DNA from: Microcoleus sp.
GTDB lineage: Bacteria; Cyanobacteriota; Cyanobacteriia; Cyanobacteriales; Microcoleaceae
Reading direction: 5' to 3'
Assembly (NCBI GenBank): GCA_042408215.1
Contig: JAYFMW010000006.1
Location: forward strand, 256,001 to 320,000
Length of the DNA: 64,000 bases
Part shown: positions 41,391-50,075 of the stretch, piece by piece
Layout of the letters: each line of letters begins with the position of its first letter
How positions within the stretch are numbered: position 1 is the first letter of the stretch
Program-made: the position numbers and the translations under genes
The notes under the pieces: model-generated
Told to the model about the DNA's origin: nothing
What the model saw: only the letters and a program-made list of their open reading frames with translations
Databases searched by the model: none

Positions 41391-41472
41391 TGCGGATAAA
41401 AGGACTTGAACCTTCACTCCTCTCGGAACCAGAACCTAAATCTGGCGCGTCTGCCAATTCCGCCATATCCGC
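41391..41472 (-). tRNA. trnL: tRNA-Leu(TAG)
   Basis: GCGGATATGGCGGAATTGGCAGACGCGCCAGATTTAGGTTCTGG...GGTTCAAGTCCTTTTATCCGCA; cloverleaf with long variable arm, no encoded CCA. Confidence 0.95.
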
Positions 41473-41608
41473 ACGATCGCATTCAACAACCATAGCACAT
41501 AACTATTTGATGTGTCAATCAAAATCGAGAAACCCGGTTTTTTTTTCCGAAACCGGGTTTGCTTCTGAGTTATATCCACAGCAATTTTCCCAATTTCTGA
41601 CTCGTCGC

Positions 41609-42337
41609 CTAGTTTTTGCCCAACGTCTTCCAAGTGATTTCGTCCACCGCGCCGTCTGCCTTCAAACCTTTATACTCTTGAAAGCTCTTGACAGCCGCAG
41701 CAGTGCGGGCCCCAAAAATGCCGTCGATCGGGCCTGGATCGTAACCCTCTACTTCCAAACGCACCTGTAGTGTCTTCACCTTGGAACCAGCAGCGCCTTT
41801 AGTTAAAGTAGTTACGGTAGTTGGAGCATTGTTCTGAACAGGAGCATTGTTCTCAATTGCAGCATTTTCCTCAACAGTTTTAGGGACGCGACGCGGCTCG
41901 GCAGCTAAAGCAGTCCAAGTGTCTTTGTCTACGATGCCATCTGACTTCAACCCCTGAGACTGCTGAAAGTCACTGACGGCGGATTTAGTGCGGGAGCCAT
42001 AGGAGCCGTCGATCGTCTTGAGCGCGAAACCATGAACTTGCAAGCGCCGTTGTATAGCGGCAACTTCTGGCCCGTCGGCTCCTACCGATATAGTTTTTTC
42101 CTTTTTGACTGGCTGTTGCTCCCCTGCATAAAAAGGCTTGTTAAACATCTCCTGCTGGGAATTTGCGTCTGGGGATGCTGAGGCTTCCGGGTTGGCGGGT
42201 GCCACAAAATCTTGGCGCTGCTGTTCTTGGACAAAGGGTTGAGAGTCGAAGGCTGCGTTGGCATTCCTGGTTAAGCCAGGAGCGAACAGAGCCACTAGGC
42301 CGAGAATCGTAGCAGTAGTTACACGCATAAGTTTCAT
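41609..42337 (-). CDS. Secreted protein with two peptidoglycan-binding (PG_binding_1) domains
   Basis: Signal peptide; two IDG.(Y/F)G.RT..AV..FQ...GL..DG.V repeats. Confidence 0.88.
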   Translation of the reverse strand: MKLMRVTTATILGLVALFAPGLTRNANAAFDSQPFVQEQQRQDFVAPANPEASASPDANSQQEMFNKPFYAGEQQPVKKEKTISVGADGPEVAAIQRRLQVHGFALKTIDGSYGSRTKSAVSDFQQSQGLKSDGIVDKDTWTALAAEPRRVPKTVEENAAIENNAPVQNNAPTTVTTLTKGAAGSKVKTLQVRLEVEGYDPGPIDGIFGARTAAAVKSFQEYKGLKADGAVDEITWKTLGKN

Positions 42338-42482
42338 GTGGTTGATAAAGTTTGCCTATTGTAATGTTTCTAAATCTAATTGTATTACCCGGACTGCTTT
42401 CTGAAAAATATCTAGGCTGGCCACGATCGACTTTACCTGTATACCTTGGCGGTCATCGATTACCGGGTAGATATTGCTATTC

Positions 42483-44006
42483 TCAAATGACGTAAAATTC
42501 GCCGTATTTGTTGCGAATGTAGCGGACAAACGGATCGATACTTAAAGGAGAATCGGTAACTCGATCGAGCAATTCGACAGCAGTGTATTTGCGGCCGTGC
42601 TGATAGATGTTTTGTTTTAGCCAATCGTGGAGTAGGGTAAAATTGCCCTGTTCTATTGCTACGGGAATTTCGGGATTAATTTTAACTGCGGTTTCGTAGA
42701 ACTGGGCGCTCATTAAGTTGCCGAGGGTGTAGCCTTGGAACATTCCGCCGATCGTCCCGACGTACCAGTGAACATCCTGCATTGCGCCCTCGCTATCGTT
42801 AGCGGGGACGATGCCGAGGTCGGTTTGGTAGCGTTCGTTCCAAGCTTCGGGGAGGTCTCGCACTGCTAGTTTTCCCTCTACCATTGCCAATTCTAGGTCA
42901 AAGCGGATGGCGACGTGGAGGTTGTAGGTTACTTCGTCGGCGTCGGTGCGGACGAGCGATCGCCCGACTTTGTTAATTGCTTTGTAAAATGCCTGAGTGG
43001 GTACCAGTCCCAACTGCCGCAAAAACACGCCTTGCAGTTGCGGGTAAAAACATTCCCAAAAGCCACGACTGCGACCGACTAAATTTTCCCAAAGCCGGGA
43101 CTGGCTTTCGTGAACACCGGAGGAAATGCCACCTGCGAGGAGTGTGCCTTCAAATTCGGGGGAATTTCCGAGTTCGTAGAGGGCGTGTCCTGCTTCGTGG
43201 ATGCTGCTGAAAAGTGCTTGATCGAGGTGGTCTTTGTAGACGCGGGTGGTGATCCGCACGTCGTCTATGGAGAAGTTGGTCATAAACGGGTGCAAGGTGA
43301 TGTCTTGTCGTCCCCGTTGGAAGTCGTAGCCCATACGTTCTACGACTGTGCGAGTGAATTCTAGTTGCTGGGCTTCTGAGAAGTCTTGGTGTAAGCAGGA
43401 GTCATCGACCGGGGGTTGGGAGGCGATGGCTTCGACGATGGGCACTAATTCTTGACGCAGTTGGGCGAACAGCGGGCGCAAAATGGATACTTTCATGCCG
43501 TAGTCGCTACGATCGATCAGGGGATCGGCGATGTGTTCGTATCCGGGGAAAAAGTCTGCGTATTGCCTGCTTAATTCTAGGGTTTTTTCGAGTTCTGGCA
43601 AGACGGCGGCAAAGTTATTGGCTGCTTTAGCACTAGCCCAGGCTTCGTAGCAGTCTGCTTGGTGGCGGCAGAGTTTCGCCATGAAGGCGGAGGGGACTCT
43701 GGCGGCGCGATCGTAATCTCTGCGGGCGATCCGGAGCAGGCTGGCGGTGTTGGAGTCGTAGGGGAGGCTTTGTTCGTAGCCACGTAAGTCTTCTAGGAGT
43801 TCCCCTATTTTCGGGTCGGTAAATTTTTCGTGGGATATTTGTTTGAGGGTGGCAAGTTGGCGGCCTCGGGCGATCGCACCTTTGGCGGGCATATAGGTTG
43901 CTTGATCCCAGTGCAGCAAGGACGAGACTGATTCGATGTCAGTAATTTCGCTGAGACGGGCTGCTAGTTGAGCAAATTTTACTTGAGTTTTGTCTAGGGT
44001 TTGCAT
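42483..44006 (-). CDS. Carboxypeptidase, family M32 (carboxypeptidase Taq-like)
   Basis: HPF, DVRITT, HEAGH, HESQSR, R.DADEVTY, QDVHW, YTLGN. Confidence 0.93.
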   Translation of the reverse strand: MQTLDKTQVKFAQLAARLSEITDIESVSSLLHWDQATYMPAKGAIARGRQLATLKQISHEKFTDPKIGELLEDLRGYEQSLPYDSNTASLLRIARRDYDRAARVPSAFMAKLCRHQADCYEAWASAKAANNFAAVLPELEKTLELSRQYADFFPGYEHIADPLIDRSDYGMKVSILRPLFAQLRQELVPIVEAIASQPPVDDSCLHQDFSEAQQLEFTRTVVERMGYDFQRGRQDITLHPFMTNFSIDDVRITTRVYKDHLDQALFSSIHEAGHALYELGNSPEFEGTLLAGGISSGVHESQSRLWENLVGRSRGFWECFYPQLQGVFLRQLGLVPTQAFYKAINKVGRSLVRTDADEVTYNLHVAIRFDLELAMVEGKLAVRDLPEAWNERYQTDLGIVPANDSEGAMQDVHWYVGTIGGMFQGYTLGNLMSAQFYETAVKINPEIPVAIEQGNFTLLHDWLKQNIYQHGRKYTAVELLDRVTDSPLSIDPFVRYIRNKYGEFYVI

Positions 44007-44740
44007 GATTGGGGTTAGCGGTACTGTTTTGCCGACAAAGGTTGCAGTGCGGCATTCATATTAATCAATCATTGCCTACCCTGAGTTAAAGCTAAAAACC
44101 GCACGTCTTCTCGTATTGTATGCAATTTTGAGTCATTTTTGCAGAGTTTACGATATTTTTGGGGATTGAGTTCGATCGCCTTGGACAGATTTTCGATCGC
44201 TTGGCGGGTGCTGGTTGCTAGGGCTTCCTGGCTGTTTTTTCGATCGCCTGCTTGTTTTTCTAGGGCGTACACGCAGGCTTTTTGATAGTAGAGGTTTGGA
44301 GCGTCGGGTTGGAGTGCGATGATTTGATCGTAGGAAGCGATCGCTTCGGCAAATCGTCCTATTTTTTTGAGGGCTACTGCGCGGTTGTACCAGGCTTCGA
44401 TATTGTCTGGCTGCAATTCTACGGTTTTGTCCCAAGAGGCAATTGCTGCTTCAAAGTGTTTTAACTTAGCGAGGGCTAGGCCGCGATTGTACCAGGTTTC
44501 GCTGTCGTTTGGTTCGATCGCGAGGGCTTTGTCCCAAGAGTCTATTGCTGCTTCAAATTGTCCTATTTGTGCGATCGCTGTGCCACGTTTGTTCCAGACT
44601 TCGGGGGGGGAATTTGGGCGCAGTTGGAGGGTTTTGTCGTAGGAGGCGATGGCTTCTGAGTAGAGTTTTTCATCTGCTAGGGCTACGCCGCGGTTGTACC
44701 AGGCTTGGTGCAAATCTGGTTTCTGTTCGAGTGCTTTGTC

Positions 44741-46687
44741 TTGACACTCCCCGGCGTAAACGCACGGGGATTCTTGGATCAGTCAGTCAACTTGCTCGTT
44801 GATGTCACCACCAATGAGTAGAGGTCGGTCTGTCCCCAAGCGTTAATTTCGGCGTGCCCCGCCGTATTTAAGTTAATTCCTGCTTGTCTCAATCCTTTTG
44901 CCAAAATGTTCAAAGCTGCATTGAGATCGCGGTCTAGTACCGTACCGCACAGGCAAATATGAGTCCTGACTGAGAGCGATTTCTGGACACGATTCCCACA
45001 GTTTGCACAATCCTGGGAAGTGTATTGAGGGGCAACAGCAACCACTGTTTTACCGTATAGCTGGTAAAAGTATAGTCGTTTATTACATGACATGGGAGGC
45101 ATTGAGTCCCTCCCCTTTCGCTTTCACTTCGAGCGGATTAACCCGCCTCGGCTGAACTACGCCCACGACCTATCCCATTGCTAAAAGCATTTGGGATTGC
45201 TTTTCTCAAAATATTATAAGACCCATTAACATCGGCGTTAATCAATCGACCCTCCGACGTTCTGTACAATCCTCTTTTAATTCGCTTCCCACTAAATGTG
45301 ACATCGAAGGCTCCAATATTCCCGTAGACAGGAATTGGATCTAAATTCAGGAAGTTTGATTGGGAAGTATAAGATTCTTCTTGCTCTATTACCTTTATTC
45401 CGAGCAATTTCGCTTTGTATTTCAACATCTCAATTAGTCGAGTATGAGGAATGCTGACAAAGTTTTGATTGGTTTTATTGCCTAAATTAATCTCATTTTG
45501 ACCTTGTAAGTTTTTGCCAATTACTAGCGTCCCAATCCCTTGTGATTCGAGCAGATTGATAATCTGCCGACTGCTGTGGTGCAAGTAGTTATCAACTTTT
45601 TGATTGCGACAACGAGTCAGGCGTTGAATCCGTGATGAGGAGAAGCGATTTCCTTTTAATTGAGATTGCAGTTGTGCCTTACGCTTGTTGTAGAATTGAT
45701 TAATGGATTTCAGTGGTCGCCCGTTAATCAGTAAAGGGACAAATCCCGGCTGATTTAAAGTTAACGCCACTAAATTATTCAGCCCTAAATCAATACTAGC
45801 TACTAATTCTTTTGGGTTTTCATCAAGGGTGGACTCCGGCTCAGTATAGGCATCGTAAATTACCTCAACTACATAGGAATCACATTTTGGCACTAATCTA
45901 ATTTGACAAATTCGCTCTGGCTTTACCTGGGTTTTAATTAAAATATTAGTACCGGAAAGCTTGATAATTCCTTTCTTTAGTTCTTTGCTACTAATCGCCT
46001 GGATTGTATAGACGAGAATATTCCGACCCTTGACTTTATCTTTGTACTTCGGTAATTTCGGGCGATCAGTAAATTTAGTGGGTTCAATTTTGTAAGCTTT
46101 GATTGCTTCAAAAAAAGACTTCCAATTCTTGTCTAATATCATTAATATTTGTTGACTTACCTTGGCTGGTAATTCCTTGTATGCTTGATGATATTTCATC
46201 AAACGATTCATTTCGTTATAATTGATATAACCCCATCCGTAGACAAAACTTTGACGGATAACGTAGTTAGCCGCGTTGTACAAATTTTTGGATTTAAAGG
46301 CTAAGTCGTCAATTTCAACAAAACGATTCTCGGTGGATTTAATGATGTGTCTCTCTGCTAGTTGCATTTAGACTCTCCATTTTTTAACCTTCGCAATAAT
46401 TCTTGCTTTTTGACTATATGATACTACCATTGCTTACTACTGCTTACAAACTTAATGAAGTTTTATAATACCTGAGAGCTTTGTTTCGGACAAACTGATC
46501 TGTGCGGATCATTTCGTCGATGACCCGATATTGCTGTGGCTTGCCTTTTAACTTGAACTCTAGTACAATCATGGAATTATTCTATCACACTTACCAGTGA
46601 TTATGGGTATAAATCGACTGATTTAATAATCTTTACACTCGAATTAAATCCGTCCTAAAAGGACGGGGCTTTAGACCCGGTTTTTTA
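44741..46687 (-). mobile_element. IS200/IS605-family element (outer), tnpB centre deleted and replaced by a second tnpB element
   Basis: Inserted after TTTAC with no duplication; left-end hairpin CCCCGTCCTTTTAGGACGG; TnpB N-terminus MIVLEFKLKGK (46572-~46470); C-terminus with CANC/CLCG/DRDLNAA (44779-~45065); right end ...GGGGAGTGTCAA. Confidence 0.85.
45138..46367 (-). CDS. tnpB: TnpB (inner element), rearranged-RuvC type without zinc finger
   Basis: SIDLG, LVIGKN (Gly at the canonical Glu), QEESYTS, GKRIKRGLY, NADVNGSYNILRK; 409 aa uninterrupted. Confidence 0.88.
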   Translation of the reverse strand: MQLAERHIIKSTENRFVEIDDLAFKSKNLYNAANYVIRQSFVYGWGYINYNEMNRLMKYHQAYKELPAKVSQQILMILDKNWKSFFEAIKAYKIEPTKFTDRPKLPKYKDKVKGRNILVYTIQAISSKELKKGIIKLSGTNILIKTQVKPERICQIRLVPKCDSYVVEVIYDAYTEPESTLDENPKELVASIDLGLNNLVALTLNQPGFVPLLINGRPLKSINQFYNKRKAQLQSQLKGNRFSSSRIQRLTRCRNQKVDNYLHHSSRQIINLLESQGIGTLVIGKNLQGQNEINLGNKTNQNFVSIPHTRLIEMLKYKAKLLGIKVIEQEESYTSQSNFLNLDPIPVYGNIGAFDVTFSGKRIKRGLYRTSEGRLINADVNGSYNILRKAIPNAFSNGIGRGRSSAEAG

Positions 46688-46805
46688 GTAAATTTTTAGG
46701 TGTTTGGTGTGTCTGTATAGATTCATACTAATTTTTGATTGTTACTACGTCGAATAGAAGAAAGGGCGATCGGACTGAGGTATGACAAACCTCACCCAAG
46801 AACAC

Positions 46806-46860
46806 TCGGCGGTTGAAACCGCGTCTTGTCAAACGAAGTCCGCCGACCCGGACTAAGAAA
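46806..46860. repeat. Dispersed repeat GCGGTTGAAACCGC-...-AGTC(C/T)GC...G(G/A)CT
   Basis: Homologous to 63479-63537 and 63758-63816. Confidence 0.7.
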
Positions 46861-46961
46861 TAATCAGAGTATTTTTGATAATACCGTATGGGCGGGTTTT
46901 ACCAACAATAATTGCCTCAAACTGACAATCTCATAAACCCGCCCCGCCCAACAGCAAATCC

Positions 46962-48311
46962 CTATCCTTGAATCAAGGCTTGAAACCGAATATCCGATCG
47001 AATGCTGTCAAAATCCGAGTCAGTTTTTGCCAGTTCTCGGCATTTGTCTGGATTCAGATTGATGGCTTGCTGCAAATTCTGAATTGCTTGGTCAATCTGA
47101 CTTTTTAACGCATGACAGCCAGCTTTATTATAAAATGCTGCGTGAAAATCTGGTTTGAATTCCAAGGCTTTGTTGTAGGAGGCGATCGCTGCTTCAAACA
47201 AGCCTAATTTATACAGTGCACAGCCGCGATAGTACCAGGCTTTGTGTAAACCTGGTTTGAATTCTAAGGCTTTTTCGTAGGAGACGAGCGCCGCTTCAAA
47301 CCTTCCTAAATTACGCAGTGCAATGCCCCGATTGTACCATGCTTTGTGTAAATCTGGTTTGATTTCTAAGGCTTTATCGTAGGAGACGATTGCCTCTTTT
47401 GACAAGCCTAAATTACGCAGTGCATAGCCCCGATTGCTCCAGGCTTCGTGATAATCTGGCTTGATTTCTAAGGCTTTGTCGTAGGAGGAGAGCGCCTCTT
47501 TTGACAAGCCTAAATTACGCAGTGCAATACCCCGATTGTTCCAGGCTTTGTGTAAATCTGGTTTGAATTCTAAGGCTTTGTCGAAGGAGGCGAGCGCTGC
47601 TTCAAACAAGCCTAAATTATACAGTGCATAGCCCCGACAGTACCAAGCTTTGTGATGATATGGTTTGAATTCTAAGGCTTTGTCGAAGGAGGCGAGCGCC
47701 TCTGTTAACAAGCCTAAATTATACAGTGCATAGCCCCGAATGTTCCAGGCTGCGTGATAATCTGGTTTGATTTCTAAGGCTTTGTCGAAGGAGTCGATCG
47801 CTGCTTCTACTCTTCCTAAATTATACAGTGCATGGCCCCGACAGTACCAGGCTGTGTGTTGATCTGGTTTGATTTCTAAGGCTTTGTCGAAGGAGGCGAG
47901 CGCTGCTTCAAACAAGCCTAAATTACGCAGTGCAAGGCCCCGATTGTACCATACTGCGTGTTGATCTGGTTTGATTTCTAAGGCTTTGTCGTAGTCGGCG
48001 ATCGCTGCTTCTAATCTTCCTAGATTACCCAGTGCATTGCCCCGATAGTACCATGCCTTGTGAGCATCTGGTTTTAATTCTAAGGCTTTGTCGTAAGCTG
48101 CGATCGCTTTTGCGTATTCTTCAGCAAAGCTATACAATAAACCTTGTTCTAAAAACAAATCAGCTTTTTGTTCTGGTGTGGGCCCATACTCATCTATGAA
48201 AAGTTGAATTCTCACCAATTCCCGTTTCCGTTCTTGGGGAGTCAAAGCTAGATCATCTTCTCGGTTCCATCTTTCCCAACAAGCTTGCCTTTTTTCAGAT
48301 TCTTGAGTCAT
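46962..48311 (-). CDS. TPR protein with nine near-identical 34-aa repeats and a C-terminal capping domain
   Basis: 102-bp tandem units at 47154-48071; cap AFYNKA...AIQNLQQAINLNPDK..ELAKTDSDFDSIR. Confidence 0.92.
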   Translation of the reverse strand: MTQESEKRQACWERWNREDDLALTPQERKRELVRIQLFIDEYGPTPEQKADLFLEQGLLYSFAEEYAKAIAAYDKALELKPDAHKAWYYRGNALGNLGRLEAAIADYDKALEIKPDQHAVWYNRGLALRNLGLFEAALASFDKALEIKPDQHTAWYCRGHALYNLGRVEAAIDSFDKALEIKPDYHAAWNIRGYALYNLGLLTEALASFDKALEFKPYHHKAWYCRGYALYNLGLFEAALASFDKALEFKPDLHKAWNNRGIALRNLGLSKEALSSYDKALEIKPDYHEAWSNRGYALRNLGLSKEAIVSYDKALEIKPDLHKAWYNRGIALRNLGRFEAALVSYEKALEFKPGLHKAWYYRGCALYKLGLFEAAIASYNKALEFKPDFHAAFYNKAGCHALKSQIDQAIQNLQQAINLNPDKCRELAKTDSDFDSIRSDIRFQALIQG

Positions 48312-48379
48312 AATTTGATATTTATTTGATAATTTTCAGGTGTTTTTTGCAGGTTCAATTTTTCTCAAGACTAACACAA

Positions 48380-49078
48380 CTAAGCTGACAATACTTGAGC
48401 CACCGTCAGCAATAATTCTGAAAAAGTGGGAGAAACAATTTGTTCATTATCTCTCAACTGAGTGCACTGATATTTCCCTTCAGTATTTAGCGAAAACACA
48501 AATACCGTCGGAATTGTCGGGTTTCCCAAATACTCTCTTTTACCAATTGCCAAATAATCAATAATCCAGTATTCAGCAAGAAGCGTTCGTATTCATCTAG
48601 CTGGTCAACATAATCATCTTCCCAATTAGTTGATACTACCTCGACAGCTAACTGAATCGGCGATTCCGGTGCGGTATAAGATTTGCGTTCAGCGCGCCAC
48701 AAAGTTCGATCGATTACACTGACATCAGGAACTCGCCCTTGTTCCGTACCTTCTTTTGTGCTAGTTTTGATGGTGATACCTCGTTTTACTACATATAGCC
48801 TTTCTCAGTAACAGTGCGGTGCACGCTTGATATAGGGCATAGGGCATAGGGCATAGGGCATAGGGCATACCTCACCAAGATTGAGAACTGCTATAGTTGA
48901 GTTGCAGCCGATCGCTCTCTCGATCAAACTGTCTGTCTGTATATTCAGCAACATCATCGTGATTTCTGGTAGTTGCCATTTTGACAATTTCTCCGTTCAC
49001 CAATTCATAAATACCATCTTCCGGGCAAATTGCAATAAATTCGTTAAATTTTAATTTTTGTTTGGTGATTGCAATCAT
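48380..49078 (-). pseudogene. Uma2 family PD-(D/E)XK endonuclease pseudogene
   Basis: YELVNGEIV, RVPDVSVI, LAVEVVSTNWEDDY, EYWIIDY; MITE insertion and a frameshift near 48580. Confidence 0.85.
48794..48895. mobile_element. TATAGC-type MITE with (TAGGGCA)n cargo, inserted at TA in the Uma2 gene
   Basis: TATAGCCTTTCTCAG / TTGAGAACTGCTATA termini; removal restores LQLNY-VVKRG. Confidence 0.8.
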
Positions 49079-49182
49079 TTTTTTAATTCTCTCCAAACTA
49101 AACATTAACTGGTTCATAGCCCAAAGTCATTGGCGACAATTTAAGACTGAAACCCATAATAAATGTCGCTTGTAGTCGAGTC

Positions 49183-49285
49183 CCGATCCCCCTAAATCCC
49201 CCTTAAGAAGGGGGACTTTGAGAACGCTCTTGTCCCACACCCCCTACTCCCCTACTCCCCTTCTTAAGGGGGGCTAGGGGGGATA
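49183..49285. repeat. CCCCCTAAATCCCCCTTAAGAAGGGGGAC hairpin cassette
   Basis: Same cassette as inside the elements at 7968, 14703, 29450, 33320 and 62234. Confidence 0.8.
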
Positions 49286-49336
49286 GAGAAATTAATAGGG
49301 TAACGAGCAGAAAATAGCGAGCAATTTACCCTAATT

Positions 49337-49855
49337 TTAAGCTTGATATTTTTTCAGAATAGCAACTTTTTCGGGGAAGATTTCGATCGCCATTTTGTCG
49401 TCATATCTAGTAGCGAGCGATCGCCTCACCACGCCCAAAAACAGCGGCTGCGACACTCCAGGCTCAGGATGTAGAATTGTCCGTACCCGGATAGTCATGT
49501 AGTCTCTACCGCGTCCAGAGCGCCCTGGAGAGTACAAATCCGCAGCAGCTTGCTGCATCGTCGCTTCTAACTCAGATTGGGCGATCGTCGGTGGAACGGT
49601 AATTACAGTTTGAGCGCCGCCAGTATCGTAAACTAAAGAATAGCGAACCGCACCGGGAATTTCTGTGCGAGCAAACAGTCCCAAACCGAGACCAAATATA
49701 CTTGCAGCAATCACGCCCATAAAGCTTGTAACCCCTACCAAACGGAAGCGAAAGCCCCATTTCAAGATAAAAGCCAGCACTGTCACAACAGCCAAGACTG
49801 CTGTCAGAATTCCCACCCATTGGGCATACATTAAAAGGTTAGAATTTACGTTCAT
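49337..49855 (-). CDS. ycf51: Ycf51 family protein (DUF2518)
   Basis: [43 protein letters not shown]. Confidence 0.85.
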   Translation of the reverse strand: MNVNSNLLMYAQWVGILTAVLAVVTVLAFILKWGFRFRLVGVTSFMGVIAASIFGLGLGLFARTEIPGAVRYSLVYDTGGAQTVITVPPTIAQSELEATMQQAAADLYSPGRSGRGRDYMTIRVRTILHPEPGVSQPLFLGVVRRSLATRYDDKMAIEIFPEKVAILKKYQA

Positions 49856-49857
49856 TT

Positions 49858-50070
49858 TGGAATTGGTAATTGGTAATTGGGAATGGGGAATGGGGAATTG
49901 GGAATGGGGAATTGGGAATGGGGAATTGGGAATTCGGAATTCGGAATTCGGAATTGGGAATTGGGAATTCGGAATTCGGAATTGGGAATTGGGAATTAGT
50001 TATTAGTTGTTCGCACCAACAAATAACCAATCACAAATAACAAATAACCAATAACCAATAACAAATGACA
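49858..50070. repeat. STRR arrays (GGGAATT/GGGGAAT/CGGAATT)n and (AATAACC/AATAACA)n
   Basis: Directly visible heptamer repeats. Confidence 0.88.
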
Positions 50071-50075
50071 ACTGA

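Larger units (their letters stand above)
44069..46726 (-). pseudogene. TPR protein gene interrupted after codon 13 by the nested IS
   Basis: 46688-46726 encodes MNLYRHTKHLKIY; 44069-44740 continues in frame DKALEQKPDLHQAWYNRG... Confidence 0.8.

Noticed and set aside
44741..46687. IStron (self-splicing intron-IS) explaining the insertion in the TPR gene
   Set aside because: Only ~115 bp separate the left end from tnpB, and I see no group I intron core.
49490..49530. GRSGRGR in Ycf51 as a PatS/PatX RGSGR signal
   Set aside because: Not the RGSGR pentapeptide, and it lies inside a conserved unrelated protein; no patX ORF was recognised in the window.
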